Below are positions 37,110 through 50,981 of a DNA stretch of 64,000 nt, one piece after another. Under the pieces are notes generated by a model. The model saw only the letters and a list, made by a program, of their open reading frames with translations, was not told the DNA's origin and searched no databases. The DNA is from Octopus bimaculoides (Eukaryota), in NCBI RefSeq assembly GCF_001194135.2, contig NC_068983.1:117027565-117091564 (forward strand). The letters run 5' to 3'. Each line of letters opens with the position of its first letter. The stretch's first letter is position 1. A program made the translations under genes and the position numbers.

Positions 37110-39140
37110 ATAGTAGTGTTGCTTTTAGCACGTACTATCACTACACTACAGAGCGCAGCCTTGTGTGACTTGGGCATGTGTTGTGGTTTGTTGTGATGCT
37201 TTTTCTTTTAATGTATTGAAAGTGTTTTACGTAGGATATGTGTAGCGCTTAGTGGTGCTATTTTCTGTATGTTATATATACTTGTCAGTCCTGGTGTTTT
37301 TGTTATGCACTTGTTTTTAAATGTTTTTATCCTACCTAATGCGCCTACTATGATAGGAAGTATTTCTGCTTTTAAACTCCACATTCGAGTTACCTCTATT
37401 TCCAGATCTTTGTATTTTGAAAGTTTATCCGTTTCTTTTAGAGAAACATTGTCAACTGTTGGTATTGATACATCGATTAGAAAGCCTTTTTGTTCTTGGT
37501 GATCTCTGACAACCATATCCGGCGTATTGTGTGTATTAGCAAATTCCAGAATATGGCTGCTTTTTCATTTTCTGTGACCTTTTCTGGCATATGCCTATAC
37601 CATTTTTTTCGCTTGTTATTCCATAGTGTTGGCATAGGTTCCAATGTATATAGATTCCAACTCTATCGTGTCTTTGAATATATTGCTTTTTTTAGCCAGG
37701 ACTAGGCAGCCAGAGACAATGTGATTTATTGTTTCTCGTACATCTCCACATATTCAGCAGTTACTTGTATTTCTTTTCATTGCATGTTTTTAGTAATTTC
37801 GGGTGGGAAGGCTTTCATCTTGCACTGCAATTAAGAATTCTTCAGTGTCTGCTTTGTGTCCTGTGCTTCTCAGCCATTGTTAGGATTTTACTTTGTCTAT
37901 TTCTTTTCTGTTTAGTTCAACCCGGCATTTGACATGAAAGGGCTTTTCTTGTCATTGTTTTATCACAATCCGTTGCTGCTTCAGTTTCAAGTCGGATTTC
38001 AGTTGTTTTTGTTGTTCCTTTTTTTTTTTTCTTCATAATTGTTAGGCACTATGATTTCTTTTTTGTATTTGTTCTCTTCCTTAAAGTGGCATTTGTATTA
38101 GTTTTCCTTGCTTCTGATGTAGGCATTTCTGTAGTCTTATGATCGTTATTTTGTAATAGCGTTCTAGCTGTATAAGGCCACTACCACCTTCGATGCGTTG
38201 TATATATAACCTTTCTATGTCAAATTTTTTGTGGTGCATCTTAAATCCTGTTATTATTTTTCTTGTTTTCCTGTCTATTTTGATTAGTTCATTTAGAGTC
38301 CAGTTAAGAATACTGTAGCTGCAACTTATAACTGGGACGAGTGGAGTGTTGACACGTATTATCTTGCCTTTCGCATTGAGAACTGTTTTCTATATAAATC
38401 TAACTCGTCTATAGTGTTCTTTTCTTATCTTCTCTTTCATTGGTGTGGCATGTATCTAGTTTATTGATTCCTAAGTATGTGTATGTCTGGCTTTGGTCTA
38501 ATTGTCTTATCTCATTTGCTTTATCTAGTGTGATGTTGCTACTCTTAACTAGTTTTCCTCTTTTAAAGGTAGCTTTGGTACATTTTTCTAAGCCAAAATT
38601 CATGTGCATTTCTTTGGTAAATTCATGTACGGTCTGTAGTACTGTTTCCAGCTGGTTATCATTTGTAGCATAGTTTTAGCTCATCCATATATAAGAGGTG
38701 GCTGATTGTTTTGCCGTAACAGTTGTATCCACATCCTGTTCTGATAAAGGTGTCAGTGCCAAGCAGAAAAGGAGTGGAGAGAGCGTGTCTCCCTGGAATA
38801 TTTCTCTTCTAATGGGGATGGCTCTGGTTTTTATGAGTCCCTCTTTTGTCTGGCGCTGTAGCACTGTCTGCCATTTATTCATGGAATGTTTTATATATTC
38901 CATGATGATTGGTGCGATCTTGTTCATGGCTGGTGTTTCGAGGATTTATGTGTGGAGAATACTATTAAAAGCCTTTCGGTAATCGATCGAGGCCATATTT
39001 TGACCCTTCTTATTTCCGCGTTTGTTTTTGTTATGGATTTATTAATAAGTAACTGATCTTTACAGCCGCATAAGCCCTTGCAGCATACCTTCTGCTCTTC
39101 TGGAAATAGGCTGTATTCTTCCAGATGTTTGCTCATAATC
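37110..39140 (-). mobile_element. R4/Dong-like LINE, 5'-truncated and decayed
   Basis: EEQKVCCKGLCGCKDQLLINK, IFQGDTLSPLLFCLAL, MNFGLEKCTKATFKRGK, RLYIQRIEGGSGL-like stretch, LIDVSIP..KYKDLEIEVTRMW..IIVGALG..ILRKTL; short 3' UTR into AAT. Confidence 0.9.
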
Positions 39141-39162
39141 GGTATTATTATTATTATGTAAG

Positions 39163-39365
39163 GTGGTTAGCAGGCAGAATCGTTAGCACGCTGTACGAAA
39201 TGCTTAGCGGTATTTCGCCCGTCTTTACGTTCTGAGTTGAAATTCCGCTGAGGTCGAATCTACCTTTCATTCTCTCGGAATCGATAAAATAAGGACCAAT
39301 GAAACACTGGGGTCGATGTAATTGACTCATCCCCTCCCCAAAAATTGTGGCAACATTTTTGAGAC

Positions 39366-39368
<3 letters not shown>
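39163..39368 (+). mobile_element. SINE family B between two TAT tracts
   Basis: GGCAGAATCGTTAGCACGC head; core; (ATT)n tail. Confidence 0.85.
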
Positions 39369-39416
<48 letters not shown>

Positions 39417-39418
<2 letters not shown>

Positions 39419-42405
39419 CTTCGTAAAACAGTGTAGGAAAAATTGCACCGAAGACCTTAGTCATCTGTCAAGTCACAACAAGGACCTCAGATAGATAATA
39501 CTTTCCTTAAGATGTGTGCTGTACCCAATAAGGCTGCTTTTTGCAAGACATCAATCTTGCATGGAATTTCCAGTTTTCTTAAGAAGTTTTGTAGTTTCAA
39601 TGGGATTGAACCCAAAGCTCCGATCACCAGTGGTATCACTTTTACATTACCTTCTCGCATTCCATACAGCCTTGCTATTTCCATTTTCAATTCGGAGTAC
39701 TCGGTGATTTTTTTCCACCTCTTTACTCACAAACGTTCATGTAATTTGGTATGACTACATCAATGATCTGGCAATATTTGTCTCTCTTATTCAATATGAT
39801 AAAATCCGGCCGATGGTGTTCGATTACACGATCCGTCTGAAAATCAAGGTCCCAGAGTATCGTTACTTTTCCATCCTCCTGCATGACTTTACTTGGTACA
39901 TGCTCATGCCATTTCTTTGTTACTTCGTATTGGTATTTAAGGTATAAAAGCCAATGAAGATCCACACACACACTTTATCGTGGCGACGCTTGTATTCTTT
40001 TTGTGCAAGGCTCTCACATCCACTTACCAAGTGGGTCACATTTTCCACACTCTTTCCACAGAGTCTGCATTTATGGGTGTCAGAAGTTTTATAGATGTTA
40101 TGCTTCACTGAATTCGTAGCGAGGGCCTGGTCTTGTGCAGCAATGATTAAGCCTTCCGTGGTACGCTTCAAATAACCTCGCTGAAGCCATGCCCACGATG
40201 CTGTATTATCCTTAACGTCTTGTCTTGTGTACCCCTTTCAAACTCTCCATGCCTTCTCATTTTCAAGAAGCTCTTCCTTTCTCTTCTCCTCAGCTCTTTG
40301 GTTAAACTCTGTCTCGTCCATCATTTCATCTGCATTTACACCCATATCTTTCGCGGAATATTGCAGCAGCTCTTCTTCATCACTATTTTTCAAATACTCG
40401 GCAAGCGTTCTCCTTTCACTCCTTTCACTCTATACTAATTAGTCCTCTGCCACCCTTCTTAGTTTTCATATACAGTCTGTTTATGTTTGCTCTAGAGTGT
40501 AGCGCCCCATGCAGCGTCATCAACTTTCTCGTCCTTCTATCCAGAGATGATATTTCCTCCTTAGTCCATTTGAGGATTGACGCACTGTATCTGACTACCG
40601 CAACTGCCCAGATATTCATTCCGGTAATCAAAGTTTTGGCATTCAGGTTGGATTTCAACACCATCTTCACCCTTTATTGATACACCTCGCTGACCTTGAC
40701 TTTCATTTCTCTGTGTAGAATGTCATCCAACTCCATAATCCCTAAATATCTCTACCCACTACCGTAGCGTTCACCCATGGTCTCTCCTGATGGTAACTGC
40801 AATCCTCTGCAGGCTGCTTTCTTCCCTCTTTTCGCATTAACTACTGAGCATTTGGTAATACCAAATTCAATACCGATGTCCCTACCAAACTTCAGGTTAT
40901 CCATAAACAGAAGATGGGTCAATGATGAGCCTTTCTTCCCACATCGGTAACCCATCTTAACTTTCCTAAGTGTCATTTTTTATGGGTATTAGTGTAATTA
41001 CAAATAATAACGAAGAAAAAGAGTCACCTTGGAAGATTCCCCTTTTAACACTAACTTCTCCAATGAATACATTACTTGAGTACAATATGGTTTTCCACTC
41101 TTTCATGCTATGCATCAGAAAATTTATGATGTCAGCAACATCAAATATCTGCAGGCATTCAATGATCCAAGAATGAGGCACCGTATCATATGCCTTCTTA
41201 AAGACAATCCAAGCCATAGACATGTTTGTATGATGTTTTCTACAATGCCTCAAAACTGTTTTATCGATGACCAGGTGATCCTTGGTACCCTGAGAACTCT
41301 TCCTACATCTTTTTTGTTCCCGTGGTTGTATTTCTTCCTGTGCCAGGTAAGTCTATATCTTTGCCGCACATATTCCAGTGAGTATCTTCCAGATTCCGTT
41401 TAGGCATGCTATGGGACGGTAGTTACCCACTATATTCCCCTTTCTTGTATCTTTCATTACAAGTGTTGTCCTCCCTGTCACCATCCATCTCTAATTTTTC
41501 TCGATCGGTCTTTTTCCTATTTTTCCAGTTTCCTCCTAAACATTGCTCAGTTTTTCCTAGATCTTGCTTTGACCGCATTATGTCCCTTTCACCGTGGTTC
41601 TTTTGCTCCACCATGTTTCGTTCTCTTAAGTTGTAATTTCTCCTCAGCAAGTAGCGCAATAGCTTGGAGAAGATTCCTTGTTTGTGTTATGTCCTCCGTT
41701 AAATCCTACTCATATCTACCCTTCTCATATTCATGAGGATTTTTTTTCTTCTGGAGCGTTCATCTAATCGGTAAGTCGTCTTCGAATTTCAAGCAATTCG
41801 TTATCTAGTTGGTTCATTTCCCCTGAATGTCCACCCACCACAGTATCAGGGTTCAGTTCACTGTATAAAGTTCCTGTTCCTCATCCTTAACAGCCCCATA
41901 ACCATTCCCCTGCTCCTCCTGTCTACTCTTCTCCCTGCTTTCAACTCCTACCTCTCTGTTTTCAACTCCGACCATCCTTTGTAGCCCATCCGCAGGGTCT
42001 CTCAGACACTCACTAATCCGAGATACTTCTACTCGAGTTAAGTAATCCTTCCTCCTAATCACTCTCATTTATTTTCTTACATTGGACACATGTCATTTTC
42101 CTTCCAAAATTTCAAGGTACGTCGGCCTACTCAGTGACTTATTTTCAGCTTTGCTCTTTAATGACATTCAATGAGTGTATCGTACTCTTCCTTCGTCTAG
42201 TTATGTCTGTTTTTGCGCATACCGTGTATGTGATCTGTTGTGACATAACGACCGTCCGAGGTCAGATCACTGCTGCGGGCGGTTTCGTACGTACCGGGTG
42301 GGAAACCTTCATCATGAGCAGCTATAGCTACATTCTTGTTGTTAATTCTTTCCTTGTGTTGCATCATGATTTCATGAGTCGTTCGTGGGGTTCCCACGAA
42401 AGTTA
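39417..42405 (-). mobile_element. R4/Dong-like LINE retaining both ends, with internal deletions and many stops
   Basis: N-terminal TKEENT..IEC..RVIRRKDYL; KKAYDTVPHSWI; GIFQGDSFSSLLF; HLLFMDNLK; GGRGLISIE; TEGLIIAAQDQAL; CRLCGKSVENVTHLVSGC..RHDKV; HHRPD..IDVVIP; VIGALGSIP..LLGTAHILRKVL; (AAT)n tail at 39369-39417. Confidence 0.92.
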
Positions 42406-42470
42406 TTATTGAGATCCGATCTCTCTCTTCCCCTCTTTATTTGTATATACACGTGCACATGTATGTACAT

Positions 42471-42501
<31 letters not shown>

Positions 42502-42599
42502 AATAACGCGCTTGCATTGTGTCGCCTCCATAACCACAGTGATTATCACAACCACAATCGTTCTCCATATAGCATTTAAAATTTTCAATAATAATATGG

Positions 42600-42735
42600 C
42601 TCTCGGTCGGTATATTGCAGCAGATCCTCGCCAAACGTTCTCCTTTCACTCCTTATACAAGGTTCAATACTAATCAGTCCTCGGCCACCATTCTTTCTTT
42701 TCATATAAGTCTGTTTACGTTTGCAGTTAACAATC
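42600..42735 (-). mobile_element. Internal fragment of R4/Dong-like ORF
   Basis: YMKRKNGGRGLISIEPCIRSERRTFGEDLLQY parallels 40380-40480. Confidence 0.7.
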
Positions 42736-43714
42736 ATCATCATCATCATCATCATCATCGGTATTATTATTATTTCCATTTATTATTAAAAGGTATTATT
42801 AAATCTTGTTTAGTTTTAACTTTTGTTTCGTACTCGAGATAATCATAAATATGTGAGTATTGAAGGGATTAGTTGGAGGAAAAACATCAGCTTGGTCAAT
42901 AGACCAAATTCTACAGGTCTGGAAATAAGTTCGTAAGATGGTGAGAAGGAGGTGAACAACCAGGCTTCACATTCATGTGCGATCAGGAGACAAAAGAAGC
43001 CTCACACCCTTTGGATCAAATGGGCTTACTACTACTAGCGATCAATGAGAACACTGACCTTGGCTTTGGAAAGAAGCAACTCATCTTGTTCTATTTTTAA
43101 TTACTGATAGAAAAAGTAATTATATATGTGTATTGTATATAATAATATAGATTTAATCAAAAGATTAAATGTGGTACTTAAAATGTTTGAGACACCAGAA
43201 TTTGGTAGGGTAAAAACAAAAAATAAAATCAAGAGATTAGCTGAATAAAATTTGAAGAAAAACAACAAAAATTCAATAGGTTATAGCAGTACGTACGTTT
43301 CGCACAAACTTCATTTATTCATGTAGTGAGAACACTACATAAAATGTGCAATGAAAATGTACTCCTCAGCTGCATAATAGAATTTCATGTTAGAAAGTCA
43401 TTTTGTAGATGTGTGCAAAAACAAGAGTAAGAGAAGAAAAAATACCATCTTGACTGGGCTGCCATTCAACAGTTTATATATATATATATNNNNNNNNNNN
43501 NNNNNNNNNNNNNNNNNNNNNNNNNNNNNNNNNNNNNNNNNNNNNNNNNNNNNNNNNNNNNNNNNNNNNNNNNNNNNNNNNNNNNNNNNNNNNNNNNNNN
43601 NNNNNNNNNNNNNNNNNNNNNNNNNNNNNNNNNNNATATATACTGATAAACACATCGTTGAATTTCTAGATTTTTTCTTCCTTTACTTTTTATAAGTTTT
43701 ACTGCATTTTACAT

Positions 43715-44205
43715 GTAAGCAATTAAAGTAAGAAGCGGTATAAATACACGCTTAAAGACTCTGGGAGTTTGTAACATCGTATCGACCAGCGGACCACACA
43801 AGCTGCTTGACCAATATGGCGCTGCAATATCCAGCAGGCTTTCAACGCATCTGAAGCAAACAACCATCGTGTCACCCGGGCTACCCTCCCTTCCCAGCTT
43901 ACACAACAGTTTGCCTCAAATGCTTTCTATCCGGGTGGAACCTAACCCAGCACACACCGACATTTGTCTACGGCCGCTGTGAGTATGATCAGTCAATCGC
44001 ATATGAGTCATATGAACTGCCACAGTGAATACATGGGGTGGGGTGGGTAAGGGGACCTGATCTTTAGATATCATCCTGTCGAAGTCATCGACAACAAATA
44101 CGAGAAATATTTTAACAAGAGTTCTGATTATGAAATCTTCACTCTCCAACAACAGACATTTCAGGAATGAAGTCACACAGTTCCAGATACGGCGGGATAC
44201 TTGTA
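43715..44205 (-). mobile_element. CR1/Rex1-Babar-group LINE 3' remnant
   Basis: KLGREG..VVCFRCVESLLDIAAPYWSS..RVFKRVFIP resembles the post-RT FY..IES.L....W and F..SF.P motifs. Confidence 0.55.
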
Positions 44206-44251
44206 GCTATTGAAGCTACATGTATGTATGTGTGTATGTATTCGTAAGTAT

Positions 44252-44314
<63 letters not shown>

Positions 44315-45652
44315 CATACATATGCATATGTTGTGTATGTGCGCATGTTTGAAATCCTGTATGAATGCCTCCACGTGTATGTGGTTCTGTGTGTGTATAG
44401 TCTCTGTGGTTAGTTCAATATTCGATTATTGCATATTGTTTCGAGTAATGAGAGTTTAAACAATGGTGATTGTAGTTACAATTGAACTTTCACTTGATTT
44501 CATATGAATAACGTGATTTTGGAAACATCCGTTTTGATGAGTAATTGAAATGACAGAATTCAGTACTTCTTGTTTGAAACAACGGATATTAAAAAAAGGA
44601 AATGTATTCATGTTACTCCTACCATTTACCATTTTAATGAATTACAGACCATGTATGTTCAGGCGTCTGTTTACCTAATTTTTATTGTATAATAAGGCAA
44701 GAAATATATATTATTTTTGGATGAAATTAATAAAAACAGTAATTTTTAATTAAGTGGTAAATAGGTGTTATATTTTTCTTTTCATCATTGAATATATTAT
44801 TCTATGATTAACAAAGAAATTTTCAGTTGCTTTAGCAAAGTTTCATTTAATAAACATAACTATAGATTTTAACCAACAATATTCGTAAAAAAATGTTTTT
44901 CTTATCTGAAAAAAGATATCACACAGAGTACTTCCATTCATGTGTTGGATTTCACTGTATGAGTGCCCGCTTTAATGTTCACTGAGACCCTGCTTAAAGG
45001 CGTATGTAATTCGAACAGAACGATTCGCAGTTATAATTTGTTCTTAACTGTTAGTTCAATAAGTAATTTACTGATCTGTGAAAATTGTCTCGTTTCACTG
45101 ATGTATTATGGAATATATCTATGGATGTCAGCAAGTTATGTATGTTATTGACAGATAAATAGAAATTGTATTTTAAAAGCAATATTTCTGTGGACAATAC
45201 AAGAAGCACTCCGTGACTGATAGAATTCTGGCATCGACTTGAAACTAGTCCAACCGATTTCTTTTTCTTTCGGCTAAATGCTACTCATATTTTCTATAGT
45301 ACACTATGCTGTTGAAATAAGATCATGTTTATCACGTTAGTAAAATATTAATTGAACTAGCTACACAAACCTGTAAATATGCTAAATTGTCCGCCCTATT
45401 TACTTGGAGGTTTGTTAATGATAATTTTAAACAGCGTTTGCCTTGCCAGTTAAATCGCTGGTGAAATCCCGAAACAAAATTTTAATTACACCTGCTGCAT
45501 TTGCATTTTGTCTTCTCTAAGATATTCTATATAAGGACAACGTGTTTGTATCTGCCAATTACATATATATTTGGTCAGATCAATAGATATACTAAGTAGT
45601 ACACATACATACATACATACATACATACATACATACATTCATACGTACATAT

Positions 45653-45707
<55 letters not shown>

Positions 45708-46046
45708 NNNNNNNNNNNNNNNNNNNNNNNNNNNNNNNNNNNNNNNNNNNNNNNNNNNNNNNNNNNNNNNNNNNNNNNNNNNNNNNNNNNNNNNNNNNNN
45801 NNNNNNNNNNNNNNNNNNNNNNNNNNNNNNNNNNNNNNNNNNNNNNNNNNNNNNNNNNNNNNNNNNNNNNNNNNNNNNNNNNNNNNNNNNNNNNNNNNNN
45901 NNNNNNNNNNNNNNNNNNNNNNNNNNNNNNNNNNNNNNNNNNNNNNNNNNNNNNNNNNNNNNNNNNNNNNNNNNNNNNNNNNNNNNNNNNNNNNNNNNNN
46001 NNNNNNNNNNNNNNNNNNNNNNNNNNNNNNNNNNNNNNNNNNNNNN

Positions 46047-46087
<41 letters not shown>

Positions 46088-47833
46088 GTATGCATGTATG
46101 TATGCTTGAATGTGTATATATGTATGTATATATATATACACCCATGCATATATTTACATCATATATACATATACTTAGGCATATGAATATAAACCTACAC
46201 ACACACACACAAACACGTACATACACAAACACACACACGCATATGTATGTAGAGAGAGGGGGACAGAGAGAGAAAGCGACAGAATGAAAAGAGCAAGAAA
46301 TACATACATACAGAAAAATACATACATATATAGAACAAAATAAAAATGATTATCGTGTCTCATTGCCAAGGGAGAAGTAAGAAGCTACCGTTAAGACCTT
46401 AAAGCACTTGATTCTCAAGGGAACTTTTGAGCAAACGCGTCAAAGAAATAAAATGTCACCTTATTATAAAGTGAAAGAAATATTAGAGCGTCTATAATGT
46501 TTCTTGAATCAATACAAGACAACTTACAGTTCAACAAAATGAAATACACATTAGCTACTATATTCGCAAATGGTACAAAAAATAGTTTTACTAGGGAGAA
46601 AAATCTAATATATTTTACATATTACGGTATACGAGGAATTATAGTTTGAGATTTCCAGTTCTATTGTGACATTAGTAAAAGAACGATCTACTTTGTTCTT
46701 TACGAACATTGAATTTACTCAGAATTGCACATTCGTGTCAGTCATGAATTCCTGTAATATTTGAAAATAGTACGGCAGACAAGCAAGGCAATAAAATTAC
46801 TACTCTAATGTCCAGGGATAGTCATTACTAAACCACAATATATAGACAAGATGTACAATTTTTATGATAACCGTTTCGTTTAGAAACATCATGCAAGAAA
46901 ATTTATGACTGCAATATTTCTAAACAATGATGATGGTGGCAGCTTATCAAACCATGACTTAGGAAGAATTCAAAGCAACTTATAAATTGATCTAAAAAAA
47001 CATCTCATAAAGACAAAATCCCAGAAAAATATTTGGCTTTGATAAATACTATATATTAATGCGCATATATAGTTACTTGCGTCAGAAATTTGCTTTACAA
47101 TCATGTTTTCCAGAGTTCATATCCGCAGCGTCACAGCCTTAACAAGAGTATTTTTGTAGCATTGGATTGACAAATGGATTTTCGGGTAATTTAGTAAATG
47201 GAAACTGTACAGAAAGCGGCTGGACGAATGAAGTTCAAGAAATTCTGTGGGATATATTGAACACCGAGACATGACAATGACAAACTAACACTGCAAAGTA
47301 CCGAGTATGCTTTGTGTATGTTACACAGAGCCACAAAAATTCGATCTTAATTTGACGGCTTATATCTCTACACGATGTTAAGTCTTATATGAAAACCAAC
47401 AAGGTATAATGCTTCAATGTTCAATTCATATGCTTATTGAGATCGAGATGATACAGGACAAACTCTCAGATTAGATGTCTCTAATTACACAACGCTTCAA
47501 TCGTCACCTAACGTGACACTTGTCGAGATGTCGATCCAAGACTGGCCCCTTTCTAAGTCAGAACATGTCATATTTTTTAGCATAACATTTTTCATCGCAC
47601 TTGACTCGAAGTGAAAATCAAGTTTAGTGTTTATTAAGTGTGACTGGATTGTGTTGGGAAGACTAATTTGTTGAGGGGTTTTAATTTACCTTTTACAATC
47701 AATATGAAACCAAAACTGCATTCAAATGTAACTATTTCATAATTAATAAGAGTCGTCTGGTGTTGCAGAGAGAATAATTTGCAGCCATTTCCAAATACAC
47801 GCTCATACTCAAACTCCCCTCCTCACACGCACA

Positions 47834-47884
<51 letters not shown>

Positions 47885-47939
47885 NNNNNNNNNNNNNNNN
47901 NNNNNNNNNNNNNNNNNNNNNNNNNNNNNNNNNNNNNNN

Positions 47940-47985
<46 letters not shown>

Positions 47986-50294
47986 TGCATGTATATGTAC
48001 ACACGCACACACATATACGCATGTACACACGCATGTACACACACACACACATACACACACACATACACACACACATGCACACACACACACACAAAAGGTA
48101 TGACAGAAATTGGATATATTAAAGCGAACAAAAGAAAGACTATCGGCTAAACTATTGATAGATGAAGGATTACATGCTGTGAATAAGCCTCGGTTTCCTT
48201 TTCTTTTTCTTCTAAATTGGCTTCATTTAAGAGCCAACCACTGACAAGAATCACGAAAGAGAATGAAGATCAGGTGCACATTCTCAGTATGCATATATGT
48301 GAGCCACACAAATCACCTGATCATCTTTGAAATAAAATTACCTACTGATATCTGTCCGAAAGGACAGACGAAAGGCTACTCATTGAGAGTACGATGTGAT
48401 TTGAAGAAAATATGACTACTGTTTCCACGAAGTCATGCGACTACATAGAAACACCTCCTTTAGATGTAGATATTGCAGGTGGAATTCACTATTTTCTGGA
48501 TTTATAAGCAATGATTAAGATCTCAACTAGTGACAATTAATTATTGTTCTTTTCTTGTTTGCTTGTATCGAATATACATTATAAGCTAATGCTCTGCTCT
48601 TAGTGCAGAGGTTTGATAGTAATATTATTTTCTTTTGTTCACATCTAGTATTCCTAAGTTACATATTCTCTTTTATTATTATTTTACAAGCAGTCTCATA
48701 AAACATGTTATCGACAATTCCAATGTAGTTGTATATTTCATCGCCAGATGTTAATGAGATAGTTAGATAATTGATAGATATGTCGTCAGACTGAATCATT
48801 ACAATTCCTTTATCCCCCACAATCTTATTTTGTACAACACCATTAATACACTTCCATTAAGAAAGAATATAACTTTGATCAATTCAGTTGACAATAACAT
48901 ACTTTCAAATGCCTACTTCAATACATTGAAGCAAATGTCTACAAATGCGAAAAAAACATAGAAGAGTGTATGTCGAGAGGTCCAGGAATCTGAAATGCCA
49001 TTGAAGTTGCGACAAAGACAATTTTCACTAATTCTCTCAAGGTATGTGTAAATTGAAGCTATGTATTTGGGAAAATGATGAAATTAACCTACACGATTAC
49101 CATCATTTGTCTAGTAGCCTTTCAGTTCACTTATAGGATTTTTCCTGTAGATATATTCTCAGTCTTGTCTCTTGTAATCATTTCTAATGCCTGCATGTCT
49201 TAGACAACTACGAGTGAATAAAATAAGCCAAATCTATGATGTAGTTTCGATTCAAAGCTGAATTGAGCATTTTAATTTATGATCTAGTGTTGTAGAAGCA
49301 TGGATATAGAATTTTATATTTCTATCACACAGAAATTAAAATGTATTGTTATCATCTGTGACCTCTTTAGCGACCATTTCCCATACGTGTATCCTTCTTC
49401 CCCACTTAGTCAATTGGAATGTACGAAATATTTCTGGACAATGGACATAAGATAAAGTAAAAACAGTTATACACGACTGAATAATGAATATATTGTGCGT
49501 GTGTTCATTTGACAAAAAACAAAAATGACCACCCCGAAGTATAACAATACCTGTTTCAACACACGGTTTCATATCAGGAATCTTGTATTGGGTAGGATAA
49601 GCTTATTTATATAGTGAGAATGAGTAAAATATCAAAATCTCTCTCTCCAACTCTCACTTACTCTCTCCCCTCTCTCTGTATATATATATATATATATNNN
49701 NNNNNNNNNNNNNNNNNNNNNNNNNNNNNNNNNNNNNNNNNNNNNNNNNNNNNNNNNNNNNNNNNNNNNNNNNNNNNNNNNNNNNNNNNNNNNNNNNNNN
49801 NNNNNNNNNNNNNNNNNNNNNNNNNNNNNNNNNNNNNNNNNNNNNNNNNNNNNNNNNNNNNNNNNNNNNNNNNNNNNNNNNNNNNNNNNNNNNNNNNNNN
49901 NNNNNNNNNNNNNNNNNNNNNNNNNNNNNNNNNNNNNNNNNNNNNNNNNNNNNNNNNNNNNNNNNNNNNNNNNNNNNNNNNNNNNNNNNNNNNNNNNNNN
50001 NNNNNNNNNNNNNNNNNNNNNNNNNNNNNNNNNNNNNNNNNNNNNNNNNNNNNNNNNNNNNNNNNNNNNNNNNNNNNNNNNNNNNNNNNNNNNNNNNNNN
50101 NNNNNNNNNNNNNNNNNNNNNNNNNNNNNNNNNNNNNNNNNNNNNNNNNNNNNNNNNNNNNNNNNNNNNNNNNNNNNNNNNNNNNNNNNNNNNNNNNNNN
50201 NNNNNNNNNNNNNNNNNNNNNNNNNNNNNNNNNNNNNNNNNNNNNNNNNNNNNNNNNNNNNNNNNNNNNNNAATTTATATAACAATTAAAACAC

Positions 50295-50475
50295 TGACAG
50301 CAGCAGCAGCAGTAGTTGCAGCGGCGAAGGAGGCGCAATGGTGGTGATGACGGTGGTGGTTTTGGTGGTGGTGGTGGTGGTGGTGGTGGTGGTGGTGGTG
50401 GTAGTAGTTTTGTAATTGTGGTGGTGGTACTTTTTGTAATTGTGATGGTCACTGTCGTGGTGGTGATGGTAGTTG
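50295..50475. repeat. (CAG)/(GGT)n compound trinucleotide repeat
   Basis: GGT run; source of the poly-Gly and poly-Pro ORFs. Confidence 0.95.
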
Positions 50476-50981
50476 TAGTTGCTGTAAATCCGTTTTGTGA
50501 GACGGAACAGTTATAATTAGATTTGCTTCAAGGTCATGATTCATTTGAACGTGATCTGTTTATAACGTGCCGTAAAAAGGATATCGCACATACATAGATA
50601 ACCAACAAAAGTCGATGCGGATCATACATCAGGTTCGATAGCAAACTGTAGAGTAAAATAACAGATGGAAAGTTAACCAAAACAAAACGAAAACACTTAG
50701 AAAGTATGAACGGGAAGATAAATCTTTTGACCGACCGGAATACGTCTCAGAAATTAAACAAGAAAGAATCGAAATTCTGTCAAAAAGCTGATTCTTTTAA
50801 ATGATAAATGCAAAAACGAACTGTTTTAAATAAACCTTTACAATACATGATGATTATTTATTTTACGTAGATTTTGTTGATGTGTGAGCTTGTTCGTAAA
50901 GATTGCGGTTTAGAGAGATTTTCAGCTTGACAAATAAAAATGGCAATCAATTTTCTGTATTTTTCATATTTATTTTCTATG

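Noticed and set aside
42255-42325. UGAUGA...GAAAC string in the LINE N-terminal region
   Set aside because: No proper stem II closure or NUH site; the GGTTTC/GAAACC pairing occludes the core.
49658-50516. Poly-Pro and poly-Gly ORFs
   Set aside because: Derived from (GGT)n plus an N-gap; no splice or homology support.
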